From Azolla caroliniana (taxonomy: Eukaryota > Plantae > Polypodiophyta): a DNA stretch of 64,000 nt. The stretch covers positions 8,742,001-8,806,000 of the forward strand of contig JBHGNT010000002.1 of NCBI GenBank assembly GCA_043228905.1. The letters are read 5' to 3'. The position numbers were made by a program, and so were the translations under genes. The notes below the pieces were generated by a model. That model searched no databases and had not been told where the DNA came from. It saw only the letters and a program-made list of their open reading frames with translations. Position 1 is the stretch's first letter. Every line of letters starts with the position of its first letter. Of this stretch, positions 10,504 to 23,322 are shown piece by piece.

Positions 10504-11190
10504 CCAACCCGATACTTTGTATTGAATTGGGGTTTGATTTTTGTGTTTTCAACACCAACTCGATACAAATCAAACCCTAACTCGATACTTTGTATCTAGT
10601 TGTGGTTTGATTTTTGTGTTTTAAACCCTAACTCCATACTTTATATCGAGTTGGGGTTTAATTTCTGTGTTTTTACCCCAACTCGATACAAAGTATCGAG
10701 ATGTCGTTTCATTTATGTGTTTTAGACACCAACTCGCTGGGTTTTGATTTTCTTTGTTTTAAACCCCAACACGATACTTTGTATCTAGTTGGGGTTTAAT
10801 TTCTGTGTTTTGTACCCCAACTCGATACAAAGTATCGAGCTGGCATTTAATTTCTGTGTTTTAAACACCAACTTTGTATCGAGTTGGCATTTAATTTCTG
10901 TGTTTTAAACACCAACTTTGTATCAAGTTGGCATTTAATTTCTGTGTTTTAAACACCAAAGTTGGGGTACAAAACACAAAAATTAAACCCCAACTCGATT
11001 ATCGAGTTGGGGTTTGATTTCTATGTTTTAAATCCCAACTCGATACTATGTTTCGAGTTGGGGTTTGTTTTAAACACCAAGTCGAAACTTTGTATTGAGT
11101 TGGGGTTTGTTTTAAACACCAAGTCGATACTTTGCATCGCGTTGGGTTTAATTTCTGTGTTTTAAACACCAACTCATTACTTTGTAACGA
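10504..11190. repeat. Array of ~40-55 bp units built on the palindrome CAACTCGATAC-(AAA/TTT)-GTATCGAGTTG
   Basis: About a dozen degenerate units separated by recurring TTTAATTTCTGTGTTTTAAACAC linkers. Confidence 0.9.
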
Positions 11191-11389
11191 TTTCGTGTTC
11201 AATTTAAGGCTTCTTTAACAAAAATGCACTCTAAACTACATATTTTGATGGTAAACCACTTGTACATAAAACTTAGATAGAGACCATTTTTAATACAAGT
11301 ATAATAGCTTTGGACCTAAGAAATCTCATAATTAATTAGAAAAACTCATAAGTGAACCCATTTTTCGTTTTTATCGTTATTGGAAGCGA

Positions 11390-11871
11390 GCTCGCCATGC
11401 CTCTATCCATCGTTCTTCTTGTTCTTCTTCGTCAAGCTGTGTCGGCTGCAGAGAGGTTCTCAATCCTCGCGCTCTGATACCATGTAGAAAGTAGCGTGCA
11501 GAAGCAAGTATGAAGACAGAACAGAGGAAGGAAACTCAGGTTCAATGGAGAGCTTAGGCTTACACGGTATACGCGGGAGAGACAGAGAGAGAAAAACAAA
11601 AAACTATATTCAACAATAATACTCAATCTCTGTGTACATAAGACGTGCTCAGTGAACACTTTTATACAAGCCCTAGAAGGACTGGCCGAAGTACTAACAG
11701 TACTTCAATGCTCATCAAGAGCCCCTACACTAACTCCCAAATATATTCCTCACGGAATATCTTTCCTAACGACCTCCCGGTTTACGCACTCGGCCTAACC
11801 GATCGGTCCCAACCGATCTGGTTCTCGGCTTCTTCAACCGATCCAGCCGATGTTGAGCTTGTCTCTCAACA
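11390..11871 (-). mobile_element. Copia family B 5' LTR (11483-11871), PBS (11471-11482) and short leader; rest deleted
   Basis: LTR ends TGTTGAGAGACAAGCTCAAC..TTCTACA, then TGGTATCAGAGC; matches the 55267-55720 layout; inserted 31 bp into another copia's 3' LTR. Confidence 0.88.
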
Positions 11872-11915
11872 GATCCTATCCAGAGAGACCGATTTCCCAA
11901 CAATCTCCCCCTTCA

Positions 11916-12370
11916 CTCTGGCATGGGATATCTTGTCAGCCTGATCCGCTTTCGGCACGCGTTGAGCTTGTCAGTTGTCAGGACCTTGGTTAGCATGTCT
12001 GACCTATTCTCCTCCATGTGAATCTTCGTCAGCATGAACTCTTGATCCTCTACTCTCTCCCGGATCTAGTGGTACCTCCGTTGGATATGTTTCGTTTGGG
12101 AATGGTAGGCCGTGTTCTTTGCAAGGTGGATGGCACTTTGACTTTCGCAATAGAGTCGGTATTCCTCCTGTCGGATCCTTACCTCACCGATGAAATCCTT
12201 CATCCAGATTATTTCCTTGCCGGCTTCCACTGCTGCCATGTACTCCGCTTCCGTGGTTGACAAGGCAAGCGTCTTCTACAGCCTTGACTGCCAAAAAACA
12301 ACTCACCCTACATAAGTCATGACATAACCGATGTGGACCGGCTGGTATCTGCATCAGCCAACATGTTTGA
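11916..12370 (-). pseudogene. pol: RNase H of copia A'
   Basis: STTEAEYMAA..LYCESQSAIHLAKN..TKHIQRRYH. Confidence 0.9.
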
Positions 12371-12831
12371 TGTTATCCCTAGGGGCCAGAAAATGCCCTA
12401 ACATAGAGTGTCCCTTTGAGACACTTCACCAAAGGGGTGTTGCGGTGAGATAAACTTAGACCGAACTATTAATGAAACCCTAATTGGTTACTAATTGGCA
12501 AGATCATTAGTCACAATACACACATAAGATGAATTACACTTAGCACAGAACAGTAATTAACACTGATTAAGATACAGAACAACAACACTCTATTAATTAT
12601 CCGCTAATGATTACAATCTAACTAGGCCCTTTTATAGGTCCTCGGCTCTAAGTACAAACCGGTGCCAACCGGCGACCGGATACGAACCGGTCCAGATTCG
12701 GATCGGCATACCGATTCTGGTCCGTCCGTTCTCTTTTCGAAATATCCTTCTAAATATTATAGATAATCAGCTCCCGGTTATTAATTATCCCCCTTTTTCC
12801 ATTTTGGACTTTCCTTGCCAGCTGGCTAACA
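12371..12831 (-). repeat. 3' LTR of gypsy D
   Basis: TGTTATCCC..GCTAACA; CTATAAAAGG on the minus strand; similar to 41304-41765. Confidence 0.93.
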
Positions 12832-12833
12832 CA

Positions 12834-12882
12834 TGGTACGCCCGTGGGACAGTACCTTGTACGTCGAATCCCACGATCCGGC
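12834..12882 (-). other. tRNA-Arg-like 3' half (T-arm, acceptor strand, CCA) at the PPT position of gypsy D
   Basis: Minus strand reads GATCGTGGGATTCGA-cgtacaaggtact-GTCCCACGGGCGTACCA-TG-[LTR]. Confidence 0.7.
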
Positions 12883-12884
12883 CT

Positions 12885-15620
12885 TCATTCTTCCTCCAAA
12901 ATGTCCAGAATGCTTTGATCTAAGGGTTCCAATGGCTCCTCGGGAAGCCGTTCTGTCGTCTGCTGTTGCTGTTATTCCTCCTCCTGTTGTTGCCTCGACT
13001 TCTACTGTTCCTGCGGCTGTGGCTGCTCTTGTTGTCGCTCCGGCTCCAGCTATGACTGCTTTTGTTTGACTTCAGTTTCCTGCAGCTCTGTTGGTCTTAC
13101 CAACTCTTCCTCCTTTTCTGGCTCTATTGATCTTGGCGTCTCCTGGTGCTGTTGTCTGGCATGCACCGCTTCTTGCGGATGACCTTCCTTTAGTGGCTCC
13201 TCCTGAGTTCTGTTCGGTTGGCTTGCCCTGGTTCTGGCTTTATTTGGCGTTTGTTCTAAAGATTGCTCCTCGTCACTGATGTTGATCGCTGCCATTTTCG
13301 TGGCCGTTTCTTGCCATCGCCGTTCCCATTCGTACCTTCCGAACCGGAGTTGGTTGTCCAATTGGTCATCATCCAGTTGTGCCACCAACTGTATTGAGCT
13401 TTCTTCCACCAATTTCTTTGTTCGATTCCTCCATGCCAGTACAATGTCCCGGATCCGCCCTAGTCCCATTTTGCACTTGTCCTCTGCGGCCTATCGTTCT
13501 TCTTTCAATTTTTTAATTAGGCCCGCGGTTGCCGCTTCCTGCCTTTTGTTGTGCATAATTTGCGTTTGATACGTTGTTTGCACTTTGTGTAAAGCCATCG
13601 TGGTGCGTTCCGTTTCTGCATGGTGCTCCAATTGAAGGTCCAGTCGCTCTTTCACTGCTTCCGCTAGTTGTTTAGCTACTTCGGCTCCCTTCAACTGATC
13701 GTCCAACAATGCCGACGTCATCCGGTTAATTTCCTCATGGAGTTCCCTACACTTTTCTTGCTACCGGTCACTTTTAGTAATCAATTTCTTATGATCAACA
13801 TCCAAATGCTTATAATCCTGGTGCAATCGGTCGAAGTCATCAATTTTTTGTTTTGGGTTTTGATTGATTAACCGGCGAGCACGGTCCTCACGGTCTTTTT
13901 GTTGCTAGAGCTCCTCTTTGAGGTGCTCAATCACCACTTCTGCCATTCGTCGGAGTTTCTCTTTCTCTTGCAGGAGTTTTTCTTTCTCTTCTTTCAACCA
14001 ATCATACGCTTGATGAACTTTTCTCAAGCTTTCCTCTGTTCGGCGGAGGCTGTCGGCCGTCTTCCTTTGTTCCTCCTCTGCTGCTTTTTTCAATTCTCGC
14101 TCCCTGGCTCGTAAGGCCTCTTGTGCTGCCAGGTCTTCCAGTAATGTGGCAAGCTCTTGTGCTAGCATGTTATTAGTATCCGGGCCTACTTCAGACACCG
14201 GGGTCTTATTGTTCTGTAAAGTTATCGGAGCCACCGGTTCTTCTATGACCAACTTGGCCATTTCTGTTCTGGCCTTCTCTATATCTTGCTCCGTGCTCCA
14301 GATTCTTGACCGGGCCTTCTCTAATTCCTCGGTTGTGGCTAGCAACCAGTCTTCATGCGCTCTCTCTTCTGCTTTATACTAGCAGACAACCCCAGCTACT
14401 TGTTCTACTATCCATCGTAGCCATTGACTGTCGGTGCCTTGTTGTCGTGCCGGTTCTGGTCGTGGGATGGCTTCTTCACTGGCTATGAGCCTATTATGGA
14501 TGGTTACGTCAAGTGGTCGCTCTGGTTCTGGCTATTGTTGCTGCGGCGGTGACACCGGCAATTCAATGACTGGTTCTTGATCGACCGGTACTGCCGTGAC
14601 CTAGACCGTTGATTCTGCAATGTCCTACCGCACCAATTGCTCTGTCACCGATTCTTGTTGAACCAATTCTGACGCCTTCCTTGACTGTGGCTCCTCAGGG
14701 AGGGGTTCCAATATACTCTCCTCCATCGGACTTGATTTCTCCCCTTTGTGGCCCTTGTCACTTGTCTGTCGACGACATATCAGAGTCTCGGTACGCTCGT
14801 CTTCCTGCTCTTCTTCCTCCAGGGTCTTGCTATCGATTAACGCCGCCAAGGGGTCCTGCCCCTACGGTTTGTCCGGTTCCTGTTCTGCTTGTTGTTCCGT
14901 CTGGCGCAGCTTGATTTTCAAAGGTCTCACCGGGGTGTCCACCGATGCCTCCTTCTCTACTGGCTGCTTTTGATTAGGCCGCTCCTTCGCCTTTTGTGAA
15001 GTGTCAGCCTCCAAGCCTATCGCCTGTGTAGCCAGGAGTTGCTACCGTTTTGAAGCTATTTTGGGGGTCGATTCTGTCGGTCTTCCCCGCTTCCTTTGTT
15101 TCATGGGCTCCACCGGCGGTGCTAATAGAGTGAGCCATTGCGCCACCGCTGTCCACATCTTTTTGCCATCTTTTACTGAGATGATGGCAGCGCTCAGGCC
15201 GTCGACGATGATTACTGGCCAATCCACCTGTACTCCCTCGTAGGTGGCTATAATCAAACTGGCTCTATTCCTGGGCATAATCGGTGGTTGTGGGTATACA
15301 TGACCATACTCGTGGAGTACCTGAGCAATTTCCCGAAACAATAGGTCTTCGCCGCCTTACGTGCGGTACGCCTTGCTGCCCAAGGAGTATTCTCCGAAAT
15401 ACTTCGTCAACAGCTCCTGTGAAGGTTTGTTGATCGAGTATATTCCCCCTTCCGGTAAACTGGTTAGGGCTCGGATGGCTTCTTCAGTGATGACCTCCGT
15501 TTCGATGTCCTTGACGACATTTTCCGCATCTCCGTGCAACGATGCTTTTACTATCCTCAAGAATCCCTCCAGGCCGTGTTGCTTAAGTCATTTCTTGGCT
15601 GCTTCTGAGAGTACCATGCA
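12885..15620 (-). pseudogene. Extra 3' ORF of gypsy D (globular domain, coiled coil, acidic tail), disrupted
   Basis: MVLSEAAKK*LKQHGLEGFLRI, YFGEYSLGSKAYRT, YEGVQVDW, coiled-coil fragments at 13050-14345, ending QSILDILEEE*; colinear with 34712-37882. Confidence 0.8.
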
Positions 15621-15653
15621 TTCCATGTCGTCATCGGAGTGGGTAGGTTGTGG

Positions 15654-16255
15654 TAGGATTAGTGCGCCTGTGTGTTCTGCTTGCTCTCGCCTGATCACTC
15701 GTAATCACCTGTGTGCGCTGAGAACTCTGTGTTCGCGAAATGAAAGGGACTTTGCGCGGCACAGGTTTTCTTTCTCCATGCGTGGCGCCTTTTCTCGATT
15801 CCCGCGCATGCACGTCTTGTACTATAATAGTAGTCGGTTGACACGTGGTGCGTTTTTAAAAAGCCTTTAATTCGCCACCAACCGCATGCCTATTCCGTGC
15901 ATGCACGTCTTGTACTATAATAGGATTAGTGCACCTGTGTGTTCTGCTTGCTCTCGCCTGATCACTCGTAATCACCTGTGTGCGCTGAGAACTCTGTGTT
16001 CGCGAATTGAAAGGGACTCTGCGCGGTAGAGGTTTTCTTTCTCCATGCGTGGCGCCTTTTCTCGATTCCCGCGCATGCACGTCTTGTACTATAATAGTAG
16101 TCGGTTGACACGTGGTGCGTTTTTAAATAGCCTTTAATTCGCCACCAACCGCATGCTTATTCCGTGCATGCACGTCTTGTACTATAATAGGAGTCGGTTG
16201 ACACATGGTGCGTTTTTAAATAGCCTTTAATTCGCCACCAACCACATGCCTATTC
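15654..16255. repeat. Tandem duplication (~267 bp) plus ~90-bp subrepeats in the pol-eORF spacer of D
   Basis: TAGGATTAGTGC.CCTGTGTG at 15654 and 15921; GCATGCACGTCTTGTACTATAATA occurs four times. Confidence 0.9.
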
Positions 16256-17339
16256 AAACTGCCCGTTCACTCCTCGCCTTTGCATGATGTTGAGTTTTTT
16301 TTTTTCTCTGAAAGTTGAGTTTTAGTTAACCGGAAGCACCGGGTCCGTATCCCGGTTTTTCCCCATATTCACGTTTGTCGGCCACCTGTTTGTCGCTATC
16401 TAGTAACGCCGGCTCCTCCTGATTGTCGGGTACTTGTTTACCAACACGTTCGCCTTCACAAGTGGAAGGATAAGGAATATTACGTTTGATTTTGGGGCTT
16501 TTTTTGCCATTTCACAAAACACCTTGATAGCAGTATCACATGTTCTCAAAAACTTGATGAAAACGCTAAAATTTTCACCATTTGGTAAAATTTAAAAATG
16601 CTAAATTTTGGCCAAATACGAAAAAGAACTTTGTGTATTTTAAAGAAGAAATTATAACTAGTAGTATTTTAGATCCTAACAAAATCATAACAGAAATATT
16701 TCAAAACAATCAACTTTTTTATTTCATTCGATAAAATATTGTCTAAATTTCTTACATATCGTTGCACAAAAAATACATTTAAGAGTTATTTGCATCACTA
16801 TCATCATTCCTTTCTTGAGAATCACCACTATAGCTAATATACAATTGTGACTCTTCCTCCTCATTTTCAAATATACCAATCAAATCATTGTCTTCACTAA
16901 ATGGTGTCTCCAAATTGTGTTCACTAAAATCTTGTTCGCTTTAAATTTGAGATATCTCCTAGTCTTGGTAATATCTTTTTTATTACCTGTCTATCGTTCT
17001 CATCCTTAAACATCCAACTTTTTTCAGTGTAAAGTCATACACAATGATATCCACCTCACTAATGTCAATGATAGATGTATTACAGAACTTTAATACATCA
17101 CCACGTACAAAACATTACCAATGCAGAATTGATGCCCTAGCCGATGACCATCTACATGTGTAGCTATTAATATCCCCACCTTGAGTTCTTGCAAATTTCC
17201 TTGTCACCTGAGTTATGCTCGTGTTGCCATCCTTAGTTCCACATAAATGTTTCCCTGTTGTAGATGAACCAAACTATGAAGATCAACATTAAGTGCTTGA
17301 CGTGGTGATTAAGAACCACGAGAATATTTTATACACCAC

Positions 17340-18910
17340 GTAAATGGCTTTTCAAGGTTCAATTACCATCAACACAATTCTTAATGGTTTTTTGTTAATC
17401 AATGAAACACATGTTCACCATAAGGTGTCTTGTTGGGCAACATACTTCTTTGCAGTATCAATATGCATCTTTTCCTCTTGTAAAAACAAAGATTTTAGTA
17501 CAATTCAAGTTCATGTAAACCCTAAACCTCTTTTATTTGAATAAAAAGATGATTTCTAAACATGAACTCCATACATTATATCGAGTTGATGTAAAAAACA
17601 AAGTTTTGATCACAATTACATACAATGTATCAAATTCATGTTCAAAGTTTTTTTCTCGGATTTAAAAAAATAAAAAAATAAAACAATTGAGCTTGACTTG
17701 ATGAAAAAACCAGTCTTTTCACCACAATTTAATACAATGTATAGAGTTCATGTTTAAAGTAATATTTTCAAATGTTTTCAAAAAAAATTCAAAATTTTTT
17801 GATATTTTATTTATTTATTTATAATTTGTTTTTTGGGAAAAAAACTTTAAACGTGAATTCAATACATTGTATCAACTTGTGATGAAAAGTCTAGAGTTTT
17901 TTCATCACTTCAAAAACAATTAAAAAAAAAAACCCAAAATAGATAGAAAAAAAAAAAAAAAAACTTTAAACATGAACTCGATACATTGTATCGAATTCGT
18001 GTTTAAAAACAGAGTTTTCAGCGTAGTGTATCGAGTTCGTGTTGACAAACTCAGTTTTTAAACACGAATTCGATACAATGTATCGAGTTTGTGTTTAAAA
18101 CATTTAAACACGAACTCGATACGCCGTATCAAAATCATTTTGAAAAGTTAATTTTTCGACACGAACTCGATACAATGTATCGAGTTCGTCTTGAAAAACC
18201 AGTTTGTGTCAAAACACTGACTTTTTCACATGAATTTGATACAATGTATCGAGTTCATGTTTAAAGGTTTTTTTGGGAGGTTTTAAAAAAAACAATTTTG
18301 GTTTTTTTCTATTTATTTTGGGTCCTTTTGGTTATTTTTTTTAAAAAAAAGTGGAAATGATGAAAAAACAAGAGTTTTCAGCACAAGTCGATACAATGTA
18401 TCGAATTCATGTTAAAAAATTTTTTTTCCCAAAAGAAATAAATCAAAAAAATAAAATTAAAAATAAATAAAATAAATAAAATTTGAAAAAAAACTAGGTA
18501 CATTTTACTTTATTGTGGTGAAAACTCTGGTTTTTTCATCAAGTCAAGTTTGATTGATTGATTGATTTATTATTATTATTTTTTTAATTCGGGGAAAAAA
18601 ACTTTGAACATAAATTTGATACATTGTATGGAATTGGGATGAAAACTCTGTTTTTTACATCAAATCAATACAATGTATGGAGTTCATGTTTAGAAATATT
18701 TTTTCTTTCAAATAAAAGAGGTTTAGGGTTTACATGAACTCGAATTGTACTAAAATATATGTTTTGACAAGAGTAAAGAGATGCATATCGATGTTGTAAA
18801 GAATTATGTTGCACAACAAGATACCTTATGGTGAACATGTGCTTCCTTGATTAACAATAAACCATTAATAATTGTGTTGATGGTAATTGAACCTTGCAAA
18901 TGCCATTTAC
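17340..18910. repeat. Foldback (long inverted repeat) element, ~1.57 kb
   Basis: GTAAATGGC..TCAATTACCATCAACACAAT at 17340 is the reverse complement of 18910-18870; arms align inward for ~650-700 bp. Confidence 0.92.
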
Positions 18911-19699
18911 TTCACAAATTTTGTAGGGGAGCTCTCAAAATGAAGAAGACGAGAGCATTGTGGATACCTTGATAAGTATGTGATATGTTCAATATGTGAT
19001 ATGTTCAAATTGATATATTAATGTTTACATCTAAGTTTGGCAGTTTTGACAATTTATGAATATCATCTACAGTTTAGGAGTTATGGATTTATCAAAATTG
19101 TTTATGAATATTGTATACATTTCTTGAGTTGTGAATTTATGGATGTTAATGAGCACTAAATCTATAGATGATGGCATTAAGGATTACAATATTACCTCTT
19201 ATACTTAAAACTTTTTCAAGTCTAACAATAGATGTAACGTCCACTTCTGGAACCTACATCTTCTCAAGATGGTGAAACCATTAATCTTAACTTGTGAGTT
19301 AAGTTAACCATTGTGATTTTCATTAAGTTAACTACATTTCATATTTTCAAACCATCAATGTTTAAGCATTTATTGAAAAACTATTCTATTTTAAAAATTA
19401 TCATTTTGAAACTTGTTAAACCTCAAAAAATTAACAAATTTTACATGCTATTTAAAACATGTGATACTAGTGTATCAAATTTCTGAAAATCACCTAAAAT
19501 CACAAGATTATGAAAGGAATGTATAAGTGGAATGTGTTAGGAAATAGGTCCATCTGGATGGGAAGTGAGAAGAACAGTGTGTATATTTGTAAATAGCCCG
19601 AAAGTCATATTAGTATAAACATGACCTAGGGCAAACTTAATAGTGTGTAGAATTGGTTGTGTTATTATCGTTGTGGCGATAATTCAGAGCGCAACTGCG

Positions 19700-19745
<46 letters not shown>

Positions 19746-20055
19746 GAGGTTATTGCCTCTGTTGTAACCGCCTAGTGGCGAAGCGAGGGAGCAAGAGGTC
19801 GTTGCCTCTGTGCCCCATTATTGTCATCTTGATATAGTGATATTTTAAAGTCTGAGGGTTGCCGTGGTTTTTTCCCTGATTTGGGTTTTTCCACGTTAAC
19901 ATCGAGTGCACTCTCTTCTTTATTGTTTCGTGTGAAGATACACCTCACCACATCCCTGTTTGCCCTGATTGATCTGACGTCTCGGTTATGGCCGAGCATA
20001 GCTTAGGAAACCATATTCATATCAAACTGGTATCAGAGCGAAACGACACAGGAAA

Positions 20056-23000
20056 ATGGATGATTCGTTGGGAGGCATGTTCAAGCTCACCGGCTCCAAC
20101 TATTCAGTGTGGAAGTCCAAGATGAGGGACATGCTCGTGGTTAAAGATCTTTGGTTGCCGGTTCAGTTCGGGGACAAGAGACCGGACAAAATTGATGCCA
20201 CGATATGAGAGGTGATGCACATGAAGACAACGGCGTACATACGGTGCTTCATCGACATGAGTCTATATAACAACTTCAATGATTCAGAGAGCAAGGCTCA
20301 TGAGCTCTGGGAGAAGATTGGCATTATGTTTTAGAACAAAAATGTTGTTAATCAGGTTTCGGTATTTTGGAAGCTAGTAAGACTCCGGTACCAAGATGGC
20401 TCCAGCATGGCGGAGCGCATGAATGCCTTCCAGGGGCTGATACACCAGGCAACATCATTAGAAGTACCTCTCGCCGATGAGGTACTAGCACTACTCCTGC
20501 TCAGTTCCCTCCCAGATAGCTGGGAGACGTTGGTTGTCACTTTGGGCAACGCCGGGCCGGAAGGGAAACGGTTATCCCTAGCAAGAGTGAAGTCAAGCTT
20601 GCTAGATGAGGAGGTGCGTCGGAAAGATAAGGATACGAGCTTCGACTGCAAAGCACTCCTTACCAAATCGGAACGCGGAAGACAAAGGAACCGTAGTCCC
20701 CAGAACCGGGAAAAGTTGGGGACACGGTCAAAGTCAAGGGGGAGGTCTACCTGCTTCTATTGCGGCAAGCCGGGACACTTCGGAAAAGACAAGGAAACCG
20801 ACGGTACCGATTCGAAGCGGACACCAGACCGGAACGGTAAAGACCGGAGGGGGCCGGACCGGAAGGGAAAGACGACAATCGCGACAAGTGAAGAAGAGTT
20901 GATGCCCATCACCGAGGAGAATGAGTTGAACCTTGCCGACGACGAGACAATGTGGGTTGTTGATTCCGGAGCGTCGTTCCACCTTACCGCGGACCGAAAA
21001 TGCTTCTCATCCTACACAGCCGGTGATCACGGCTGTGTCTAGATGGGGAATAAAGGTACATGCGGAGTTGTTGGCATAGGAGACGTGTCGTTGACAACAC
21101 CAGCCAGATGCAAGCTGCTGTTGAAGGATGTCTGACACGTTCCGGAGGTTCAACTAAACCTAATATCAGCTAGTCGCCTAGATGATGAAGGCTACATAGG
21201 TAGCATCCAAAACGGAGTCATGAAATTCAGCAAAGGGAACCTGATAGTGGCTTGGGCTCGGAAGGTCAACACTCTATACCTGATGAATGCTCGGTTATGC
21301 CCGGAAGAAGTGAACGTGGCTTCCGACACTGAGAAGAAGATAATGAACTCTGAGTCCACCGGTAAGGATCGATTCTACGATGAGCAGACCCAACCGGCAA
21401 GAGACCGGTTAGAACTCGATGAACCGGCCGGTGACTGTAAGGAGACAAGACAGGCCGAAGAAGAAGGAATAGGTTAAACCGGAACCAGCGATGACCCCGA
21501 ATCGGATTCGGATGAAGAACAAATAGAGGAGCCGGTTGCCGAAAGCCAAAGACGGAGATATCCTCTCAGAGAGAGAAGGGCCCCCCAGAGATTTCCAGAT
21601 GCAGAGCATGTGCTGTTGACCGATGAGGGGGAGCCGGAAAGCCTCGAAGAAGCGAAGGATGACACCAATAGCCACAAGTGGTTGAGTGCCATGCAGGACG
21701 AGATGGATTCCTTGCATGAGAACCACACGTATGAATTGATGGAGTTGCCGAAAGGAAAGAGGGCACTCTGAAACAAGTGGGTGTACAAGTTGAAACCGGG
21801 AGATGCCAGCAACCCTCCAAGGTACAAAGCCAGGATCGCGGTGAAGGGGTTCCAGTAGAAGAAGGGCGTGGACTTTGATGAGATATTTTCCCCAGTAGTA
21901 AAGATGACTTCCATCTGGACGCTGCTGAGTATAGCGGCAAGCATGGACCTCGAGGTAGTGCAGCTAGACGTGAAGATGGCATTCCTTCACGGTGACCTCG
22001 AAGAGGAGATCTACATGCAGCAACCGGAAGGATTCGTGGAGAAAGGGAAGGAGCACCTGGTTTGCCGTTTGAAGAAGAGCCTGTACGGACTGAAGAAGGC
22101 ACCCCGACAATGGTACCAGAAGTTCGACTCCTTCATGACCGACCAAGGGTATCACAAAACGCAAACCGATCACTGTGTGTTTGTGAAGAAGTTCGAAGGA
22201 GGCGACTTCCTGATACTTCTCTTGTACGTGGACGACATGTTGATCGTCGGACGAGACCAAGTCAAGATACAGATGCTGAAGAAGGCCCTTAACCAAACTT
22301 TCTCAATGAATGACTTGGGCCCGACAAGACAAATACTGGGGATGCACATCATCCGGGACCGGTCAAACAAGCAATTGTGGTTGTCACAGGAGAAATACGT
22401 GACAAAGGTGGTTCAACGGTTCAACATGTTAGAAGCAAAACCGATCGGATCGACACTCCCGACAAACTACAGACTATCCGGTAAGCAAAGCCCAAAGACG
22501 AAAGCTGAGAAGGCGGATAGGGTGAAGATTCCATATGCCTCTGTCGTCGGGAGCTTAATGTACGCAATGGTGTGTACTCGACCGGATATTGGATATGCCG
22601 TCAGAGTGGTGAGCCGGTTTATGAGCAATCCCGGCAAGAAGCACTAGAACGTGGTCAAATGGATACTCCGATACTTGAAGGGCACTTCGAATATGTGTCT
22701 CTGATTCGACTCTGGTAAACCTCAACTTGATGGTTTTACCGATTCGGATATGTCGGCTGATGTGGATACCAGCCGGTCTACATCCGGGTATGTAATGACA
22801 TATACAGGGAGAGCTATTTCGTGGAAGTCGAGGCTGTAGAAAACGGTTGCGTTGTCAACCACGGAGGCGGAGTACATGGCGGTTGTTGAAGCCGGCATGG
22901 AAATATTATGGATGAAGGACCTCATCGGAGAGCTCGGTATCCAACAAGAAGAATCAAAGTGCCATCCACCTTGCTAAGAATGCAGCGTAACATTCTAGGA

Positions 23001-23180
23001 CGAAGCACATCCAACGTAGGTATAACTGGATCCGGGAGCAAGTAGAAGATCAGGAATTCGCGCTGATGAAGATCCACACGGCCGAGAATGGGTCAGATAT
23101 GTTGACCAAAGTATTGATACCCGACAAGCTGGATGCATGTCGGAAGCAGATTGGACTAGTACGACATCTCATGCCGGAGT
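20056..23180 (+). pseudogene. pol: Copia gag-PR-RT-RH with stops; INT core missing
   Basis: CFYCGKPGH, WVVDSGASFH, deletion junction NVASDT|EKKIMNSE at ~21330, LLYVDDML, STTEAEY. Confidence 0.92.
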
Positions 23181-23322
23181 GAAGGGGGAGTTTATTAGGA
23201 AACAAGTCCCTCCGGATGGGAAGTGAGAAGAACAGTGTTGATGAGCAACTTGGTCGAGGCCAAAATCGGATGTGGAGTACCCGGCAACGGAAGACCCGGT
23301 GAGAACCGGATGTGGAGTACCC

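Noticed and set aside
10504-11190. CRISPR-like array of palindromic repeats
   Set aside because: The linkers are themselves repeated rather than unique spacers, units are degenerate, no cas genes are present, and the context is eukaryotic
11483-11902. Single chimeric LTR shared by two tandem copia elements (PBS on one side, PPT on the other)
   Set aside because: It resolves into a complete family B LTR (11483-11871) inserted 31 bp into the 3' LTR of copia A'
17515-17530. Telomere-like AAACCCTAAA motifs (also 10572 and 18720)
   Set aside because: Isolated single units, not an array
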